Positions 50,701 to 64,000 of a stretch of 64,000 nucleotides of DNA are shown here, piece after piece. Origin of the DNA: Blasia pusilla (lineage: Eukaryota); assembly GCA_050084515.1 (NCBI GenBank), contig CM114271.1:21142001-21206000 (forward strand), given 5' to 3'. The notes beneath the pieces were generated by a model. The model ran no database searches. It was given only the letters and a program-made list of their open reading frames with translations, and was not told the origin of the DNA. Each line of letters opens with the position of its first letter. The stretch's first letter is position 1. The position numbers and the translations under genes are program-made.

Positions 50701-52660
50701 CTTCATGAAAACAAAACATGGATTCTTGTGACAAATCCTAAAAAGCGCAAGTCATTCACATATACTACCAATATAGTCTCTTGTAAATGGGTTTTTAAGA
50801 TCAAGCGGTCTTCTTCAGGAAGTATTCTCAAGTACAAAGCCAGGCTAGTAGCCAAAGGTTATTCACAGAAAGAAGGAATTGATTACAAAGAAACATTTTC
50901 TCCTGTCATAAATATCACTTCTCTCCGGATGCTGCTTTCCATTGCTGTTGTTCGCAACGCTGAACTACATCAAATGGACGTCAAGATTGCTTTTTCTTCA
51001 TGGTGATCTACAAGAAATTATATATATGCATCAACCTCCCGGTTTTGAGGTAACTGATCAAGGTCCACATGTATGTCTTATGAAGAAAGCTCTTTATGGC
51101 TTGAAGCAATCCTCCCGAGCTTGGTATCAAAAGATGGATAGATATTTGACTTTTGCATGTTTTCTCAGAAGTACTTATGATCCTTGTTTGTATCACAAAC
51201 GATCTTCTACAGATCAATTACTCATAATTTCTATATATGTAAATGATCTTGCTATTATAGCAGATAATCGCATTCAGCTACAACAATTTAAAATTCATGT
51301 TCAGTCCATTTTTAAAATGGTTGACGTGGGAGAGCTTCATCACTTGTTATGACTTCAGGTGGTAAGAGACAGGGCACGTCACAAGATTTCTTTGCATCAA
51401 AAAAGGTATATCTGTGAAAAACTTGTAGAATTCGGTATGAAATATTTTCATACAGTTTCTACCCCTTCTATGTCTGGGACAACATTGTCCAAGCCCACAT
51501 CTGCTCCTACAAGTGATGATCTTGCTCATTTTCAGCAATATCCATATGCTACGATAGTTGGAAGTCTTATGTATGCTTCAACCATGACTCATCTTGACAT
51601 CTCTTTCAGTGTCGGCCAGTTATGTAAATACATGTCCAACTATTCTATTGAGCATTGGCAAGCTGCCAGGCATGTTCTAAGGTATTTGAAGGGAACTTCC
51701 AATATGGGTATCACCTTTGATGGTTCCACCCATGATTTTACTCTTCAGGCCTATGTAGATGCAAGTTTCGCTTCTTCTAAAGATGATAGAAAATATATTT
51801 CAGGATTTGTTCTTATCATGGCACGAGGTGCAGTACATTGGGCCTCAAGGAAGCGGGCACAATTCTTGCAGTCTACTATAGAAATTTGAATATATAGCCC
51901 TTAATGAGGGCATCAAAGAAATACTTTGGATTCGACATTTACTTGCTGAGATTGGTTTTTTACTGCAAACTCCAACAATTCTTTACAAAGACAATCAAGC
52001 TGCAATTCAACTATCAAATAATTTTTGTTCCAATTCCAAAATTGGACATTTGGAACTAAAATACTTCTTCATATCAGAACACATTCAACAAAAAAATATT
52101 CGTCTACAAGAATGCAGATCTTTAGTTCAGGCTGCTGATGTTTTGACTAAAAGTCTATCTAAAGGCCAACAGTATTTTTTACTCCAAATATTAGGATGTA
52201 GGATATGCAACTGAGTGGGAGATACGACACTTTTCGAGTAGACAGCTGCATGTTCTTCCAACTAGATTATCCTAGCTCAGTGGGAGTGTTAGATAAATAC
52301 ATTTTAGATAAAGGTGTTTGACTTAAAATGTGTTAAAGGAACTACCTAAATGCTCCTACTCTTAGCAGTCCGACATCTAACCTAAGACACTTGATCACTT
52401 GACTAAAAGGGCCACTTGGTCAGTTGGCTACTTGGACATTTGGCTACTTGCCCACTTGACCACTTGGCTAAAAGGGCCACTTGGCCACTTGGGTACTTGG
52501 CCACTCAGCCACAGACTATCTTATCTCTAGCCACTATCCAGATTAGTATATAGTCTAGGGCTTGAATAAACATCATACTTGAAGTTCTCCATAAAGTTTA
52601 GACGCAGCTTTACCATTGTATCATTACCATTGTGTATACATCTCTCATATGTTTCTAACA
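47723..52660 (+). mobile_element. Full-length degenerate Ty1/Copia retrotransposon, LTRs 47723-48047 and 52287-52660, TSD TATTA
   Basis: TG...CA LTRs; PBS 'aGTTATGGGCC'; zinc knuckle 'CYICNEKDHISSKC'; protease 'WILDSG'; integrase 'LDLIHNDLPGP', 'DGGGEY'; RT 'KARLVAKG', 'HQMDVK', 'ALYGLKQSSRAW', 'IYVNDL'; RNase H 'AYVDASFA'; PPT 'agtgggag'. Confidence 0.97.
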
Positions 52661-54041
52661 TATTATTGATGTTGAAATTATCACGGGGAGGAATATGAGA
52701 AATCAAATTTTCATTCCATGTATCGCATTGATTGCTTCTGACTTATGGTTACCTTTTGATTTACACAGATTCGAATTCCCTATCTGTCCAACTTTTGCCA
52801 TGACTATTAACAAATCAAACTTTATGAATGGTTGGAATATACTTACCATGCCTGTATTTTCTCATGGTCATTTGTACGTTGCGTTGAGTAGGACAAAGGA
52901 ATTCAATTCATATTCATGATTGGTAGTGATACACATTCCAATGAAGAAGGTGATTACATTAGAACTATTTAATAACATGTACTACTTGTTTCTCCCTTAG
53001 TCTTGTTTTGTAAATGTTTCAGTACATGTGGTGTGGATCATAATAGAGTTTTAGATCTCGATATTTGATGCATTTTTAAGGGAAAACTCATAATAATCAT
53101 CCACCATAACTCCTCTAATTGTCAAAATATCTCGTTCCATACCATGAAAGGGTTGAATATTTAGAGTCCCTCACCTTGTGTGAATCATTCCAACTCTTAC
53201 AATGTACAATGAAGTCATGAAACTCTATTGTATCCGTGGCCCTTACAAAAAGTCGTCCATCTCATACGCTTAAGCACGAAAACTACTCAACTTGTGCGAT
53301 GACTCTTTGCCAAATGCCTCCTCTAAGACCTCTCCTCCATTTGAGGATATATGACACTCAAGAAGGTTGATGTGGCCTCTCACGTGAAGATCCTCAATAA
53401 CCTCGTATCACTCCCTGTAAAACCGAGTGTAAAACCTTTAGTAGTACTCTGCAGTGTACTACCTTGTCTCTCAAGATTTCAAATGAACATCGTGATGACC
53501 CTTGCCCCTCCTCACACGATCACTCTCAAACCCACAATCAGTCAGCCACTTAGAAATAAACTAACCCTGCGACAATCAACCTTCACACTCTCACACTAAG
53601 ACGTGCACAACATAGCAATAAGCGACATAATGCAACAATCCTTTATGCTAATTGATCCTCTCATCAACATTGGGAACTACTAACCTCAAAATCCCACATA
53701 TGTATATGTCTCCTATCTTCATGCATAAGCGATGCTTCCAATATCCCTGGCTACAAACCCAATACTGCAACAAATACCCAACATCTGAACATCCCTCAAA
53801 AGTATAGGGCAAAAGGCTACAATGATTGAGTTGAAATTAATATTAATGTGGCTCCTAAGTAACTACAACTCGATCCCAACTCCGACACAAAATCATACTA
53901 CTCAAATCGTGAGCACATCGTACTCCTCAATCCTCCTTGATGATGCGATACAGAACGATGCAATAAAGGCGACACGATATAACTACAAACAACACAATAT
54001 AACACTCCATGGAAAAATAAGGCAACCAACATCATCCCTTC

Positions 54042-54605
54042 TGCCAAATATTTTAGGATGGATCGATGAGAATCTATAGCACGCGTTCAAGGAGATTAGA
54101 GGATAGTCTCAAGTTGGTTGAGCATGATCTATTGAGGCCTTGGATAACCTGAGAGAGGAGATTTCCCCTTTTTTTGGCTCATTTGGAGCTTATCGAGGAA
54201 CTTACGATTTCAAGTAAGTTCTTATTAGAAGCATATTTGACTTCAGCCTTTGCCCCTACAACAGGAAATAAGCAAAGAAAGGAACGTGTAAGCACAAGAT
54301 ACCGTAGAGAGAGCTTTGGAGTTCATTCGATCATTGTTGAACCTCTTGGCATGAGGCGGCAGAGATATGGTCCTCCTTGCCTTGTAAGTAACCAAAGGCT
54401 CTCATTAGGAGAGTGGGTTTGGTTTGACATGAGATAGAAATGAAGATTATGTGCACCATTGGAGCGATGTTGATTTATTCAAGATATTTTGGTATAGGAT
54501 TTCTTCAGTATTCAGATGTCATGTATGAGTGTGTTATCTTATGTTTATCTGTTTGCAGTCAATGATAAGGATGTATGTTCTGTAGTAATGTGTATGCACG
54601 TGACA
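54042..54605 (+). mobile_element. Diverged solo A-B repeat of the copy 1 Gypsy family
   Basis: Shares 'ggctcatttggagc', 'gaacctcttggcatgaggcggcagag' and 'ctctcattaggaga..gggtttggtttgacat' with 8195-8839; ends CACGTGACA; flanks CTTC/CCTC. Confidence 0.8.
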
Positions 54606-55729
54606 CCTCCTTTATCATCAAAACACTCTACTCCTTACAGTTGGTGGTCCTCTTCAATCAAGATGCTACCCCATGCGGTGGCGCCACGAGCAGAAATTGG
54701 CGACAGATTGCGGCTATGGGCGTCAAAGCACCATACTCGATAAACACATAGTAGCTACATGCCAATACGCCTAGCATAGTAGAGAGAAAAACTTAGATCT
54801 ATCAATCAAAATATCTCTTGACATTGCTCAAAAGCCAATCCACAATGATCGATGACGAGATAGCTACACTAGTCTTAATAATGTTGACGACAAAAATTAT
54901 CAACAACAACCATTATTCAACACTAACACTCCCTCTCAAGATCTACAAGGTTGTAATTGGCATCGAAAAATTATAGGGCCCGTCGGCAAAATGCATGGTA
55001 GTGACAATCCATGATTGGATGGCTACGAGCTGTGGCTAAACAATAGTAGATGATTTTCATATAGGTGACGATGTGTGGATGACCGTAGTAATAGCAAAAA
55101 ATGGACTTAAAAATATGCTAATGCTCAAACGGATTGATGGAAATGGCGACGGCTAAGAAAGGAATGTTGACTGCTAGAGTGACATACACTTGGTTGAGTG
55201 AGATGGACGGGGCTAGCAATTCCAAGATGAATGTAGTTTGGTTATGTTAGCATGTATAGGACAGACATAACGTGGCCAAAAGGTTCCGCGCACTCTGCTA
55301 TCAAAAGTAAAATACAACATGTGACCGACGGACCAAAAGGATAGACACGATGCGGACATGGCAGAAGCACCAAGTCGATCATAACTCCTATTGCGACCAC
55401 ACTACAGGGTTGAGTATATGTTCTAGGTCGGTTGGCAGTGGAAAGTTGGCAACTGACAAGCTAAAACACCCTAGGATGTGAGCCAAAAGCCGATTGCCCC
55501 AAAATATTCGGTTGCATTTCTACGTTAATTTATTTCACTTCAATTTTTCACTTATAAATACAGCAAAACAAAAAACAAAAATATGCTCCCAAGAACCCCA
55601 ACATGGTGGCTCTACTCCCCATAATGAAATTCTATACAAATTTGGGAAAAAAATTTACATGCCTCTCTATCAAACGGAAAATTAACTCACAAAAAACACC
55701 AATCATCAACTCTTACTCTTGTGACCACT

Positions 55730-60730
<5,001 letters not shown>

Positions 60731-62749
60731 ACATAAAAGGTCCCTCTCAATATTGGAACAACTCCTTCCACACCATGAAAGGGTTAAACTACTTCAGGGC
60801 TTCTATTCATTGGAAGTCACAACATGTGTCAAAATCCCGGATGAAATCATCTAACTTAATCACACAACATTATCACTATTTACAACCTTATCACTCTTGT
60901 CATCACTAGACTTACTATCTAATAATGACAATCCAACCGCAGATGGGAGTCATGATGGTTCATAACTTGAAACCCATGTATACCTCATTCCATCCATGTA
61001 ATTCCTCCAATTTTTCTCAAACTACCTCATTCTTCTAAACCATAGAAGAACGTTATCATTACAATTGTGCCTCACACGCTCAAATACTTCGACTTCACTT
61101 GAGTGTAATAAAATTCTCATGAGCTCACCTATGCTAATGTTAATCCCATGACAACAACTCTGCCTCAAACACTTGAGCTCGTCATGAGCCTTCTGTACTA
61201 GATCACCTAAGCTAACAACAATGTCAGATCATACACAAGACCTCAATAGTCACCTGATAGTCAAGGATCATGTTTAATAATACAAATGAGTGTGCTAATG
61301 CCATTGAGAGTAAGACTCAAGCATAAAGACTCCATTCATCTATATTATGATGGGAAACATATTAAACCTTATAACTAAAAAATAATTATCAAATGATATC
61401 ATATATTAAAAAAATCGTCATCGAAGCGTTTTATTAAGTAGATCATTTTGGAATGGATGGAGCATCCATGAAGTGAGAAAGCATATGCATGGTATGACTA
61501 ACTTTGCTCTTATATTGTACTAATAGTATGGTCTATGAATGTCATCCTTTCTACGCCAGATGAAGTTAACTAGATGGAACCGTCCAATACTTTTTGGAGG
61601 CCACTTTTGGATCGAAAGCTTCCTTAACATTGGTGTGGGTCATCCACTTATGTTTATTATACCCCATCTTATTTACCCCCAAAGAAGCGCCACCAATAGA
61701 GTTTCTGTCATGGATCCATTACTCTTTATCGAAACATCATTTTGGTCCTTAGTGTGAAAGAGTAGATTAGATCATTATGGAGTGTCTTCAAGCACCACTT
61801 TTTTAAGGGAATTTTGGGGCGTTACCATTATTATGTTTGTAAATGCAAATATTTTGTGTGATAGAGTGACTATCTTCACCCCATGAAGAGCACCCGAATT
61901 TAGAATTAGAAGGACCACAACTTTAAATGAACTCTTGCGTATCATATATAATAATTTGTGTTTCCTTTAAGTTTAGTTTTTGGTGTGACGTAGTGACTAC
62001 CTTTACCTCATGAAAAGTGTCACAACCTTGAATGAAGTCCCGCGTGTCACCCAACAATATTTGTGTTTCTCTTAAGCTTATCGAGAGTTTGGTATAAGAA
62101 AGTCATTATCTCCATCGCATGAAAAATACATGGTCAACCACTTTGAATGAATCGAATGGTAATATCAATGTCCCTGTCCTTATTTTTGGTGCCGACTTTG
62201 GTAGGGTGGAGTGATTATCTTCACCCCATGAAGAGCACCCGAACTTAGAATAATCCGTTGGTTAATCTTTGGATTTGCTTTGTATTCGCTCAAAAAAGAG
62301 AAAATTGAGAAAATAGTTTTGTGATGGCCTATTATATTCACGTCGAGGAATTTACCAAAACTTTAAATGCACTCTATTGAGTGTTACCAATCAATATTTG
62401 TGGTTCTTAAAGAGTTTAGCTTTTGGTGTAATGGAGCGGAGATTTAGGCTCCAACGTCCAATCAAAATGGACTATCAACTACCACAGCCTCATAAAGACG
62501 CCTTTCGCTAGATAAGAAAGTGTTTACCACTCTCATGCATCCTTTGGGCCCAACAATTGGTCGTCGACAACACCCTTTGTAGTTAGTGATTGGAGGGCTA
62601 GTTTCTCCAACGCCTTACGGCATTGCAAAACCCCATCCGCTTGACGATGAATCTTTTCTCCTATCTAAGTGGTCACCTATGGAGTTTCCTCGTTGCAAGT
62701 CCTTCAATCAACGAGGAGTGAAATCCCATTAGAAGAGCTCCTCACATAA

Positions 62750-63570
62750 CATGGCTCCAAATACTACTCACAAAGAGTGGCTTTAACTCCAGCTCGTCTC
62801 CACCATCACTACTACTACCCAGTCTCTTCAAAACGTTCAATATTTAGTCTTTTAAATTTAGATGAAAATCATCCCACATGGACCACATGGACCCCTAGTC
62901 ACATCCAAAACTTTCATATTTCAAGTCTTGGACTCTCTCTATCTATCTCTCTCTCTAAACTATGGGATGGGAAAACAGCTAAACTCTTGCGCCTTGTGTG
63001 ACGATGGGGATGAAATCTCTGGTCATTACTATGTCTCCTGCACAAAATTCACAACACACAGAGCAAGAGCATATGCTGATATTGCTAAGCTGGTAACACC
63101 AGAATTGTTCAACACATTCAGTAGCCTTGATTCATTGCCCAAAGCTGCTGCACTGGTAAGTAAGGGATCCCCATCAGGTAAAGTAGATGGTGTGGTGAAG
63201 AGTTTCTTGGTTGACACTTGGAAGCTCCGCACAAACACGTTGTTTGGTCAGCACTCACACTGTATGAGAGTGTCTCCCTCCTCTCACATGGTACCTTCTT
63301 CACTTGCTTCTCTCTCTACACCCATCCCAGTCTCAAGCACCGTCCAACCAGGGCACGGGGTCATGGTCGCAAGGCTATGACAGGCACTACTTAATGAGTA
63401 CAGTCTCTCGCTCTCTCTTCAAGCACCGTCCAACCAGAGCCTGGGGTCTATGGTCGCAAGGCTACCACAGGCACTACTTAATGAGTAGAGTCTCTCTCTC
63501 TCTCTCTCGCACGGGATACTGCGACTGGCACTACTTAATGAGTCCAGTCTCACTCGGGATACTGGCATCA
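62750..63570 (+). mobile_element. 5'-truncated LINE 3' end with tandemly repeated tail
   Basis: ORF 62862-63380 has the LINE-like zinc motif 'CALC..DEISGHYYVSC' and 'FLVDTWKLR', followed by repeated 'ggcactacttaatgagt..agtctctc' units. Confidence 0.6.
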
Positions 63571-64000
63571 TAAGTCAGGATATGTGAGTTACATGTATGA
63601 CGAGATTGGCTCCTCATGAAATAGAAAATGCAAAGTTCATGTGGTTATATACATCCAAACCAAATCGGTGAAAGATGTGCGCATCGCAATGGCAATTGAG
63701 TGATGGCAATTACCTCAAAAGAAGGAAATCTCTGCAAGTCACAATATGTAAATGATGCAAATGATATGAGTGGACCTCAAAATAGGTCGTTTTGTGGGTG
63801 CTGGCATATCCCTAAAAAATTGCAACCTTGCCACAACCGCTGTTGGAGAGGCAGATCGACACGACACGAATGAATGGGATACAAGAATTGAATACATCAT
63901 CAGTCGAGATAAGAAACAACACCTTGTTCATGACACAGTCCATGAGACAGTAGCAAAGACTTGTGATCCAATCTTAGAATTGATGAGTGTGCCAAAGTTT

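Noticed and set aside
63330-63570. CRISPR-like array or hammerhead ribozyme
   Set aside because: Eukaryotic context with no unique spacers; 'CTTAATGAG' is not the CUGANGA core and there is no matching GAAA.

Overview
Repeat-rich nuclear DNA from a plant, probably a bryophyte such as a liverwort (inferred from gene style only). It holds two host genes: an intron-free adenylate kinase CDS (14024-14755, -) and a 7-exon chloroplast Ycf3-interacting protein 1 gene (29811-32640, -). The rest is mostly nested, decayed transposons: a Helitron carrying a full-length Copia and a solo LTR, an RTEX-like LINE with a (TC)n tail, three TSD-flanked solo LTRs of one family, and many short non-autonomous Helitrons. 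The most unusual system is a Ty3/Gypsy lineage present in two diverged copies (1-5860 +, 37634-43139 -). (i) Copy 1 carries a DNMT3-like C5 cytosine methyltransferase between protease and RT. (ii) Both copies have a PHD finger after a DDE integrase. (iii) Both have an in-frame UAG-CARYYA readthrough signal before RT. (iv) Copy 2 is bounded by split direct repeats (A...B-A-B) instead of ordinary LTRs, and copy 1 shows the same 3' B-A-B end. (v) Copy 2 has a Tf1-type self-priming site. Together these suggest integration from a circular 2-LTR intermediate at an internal att site. All alignments were made by eye.
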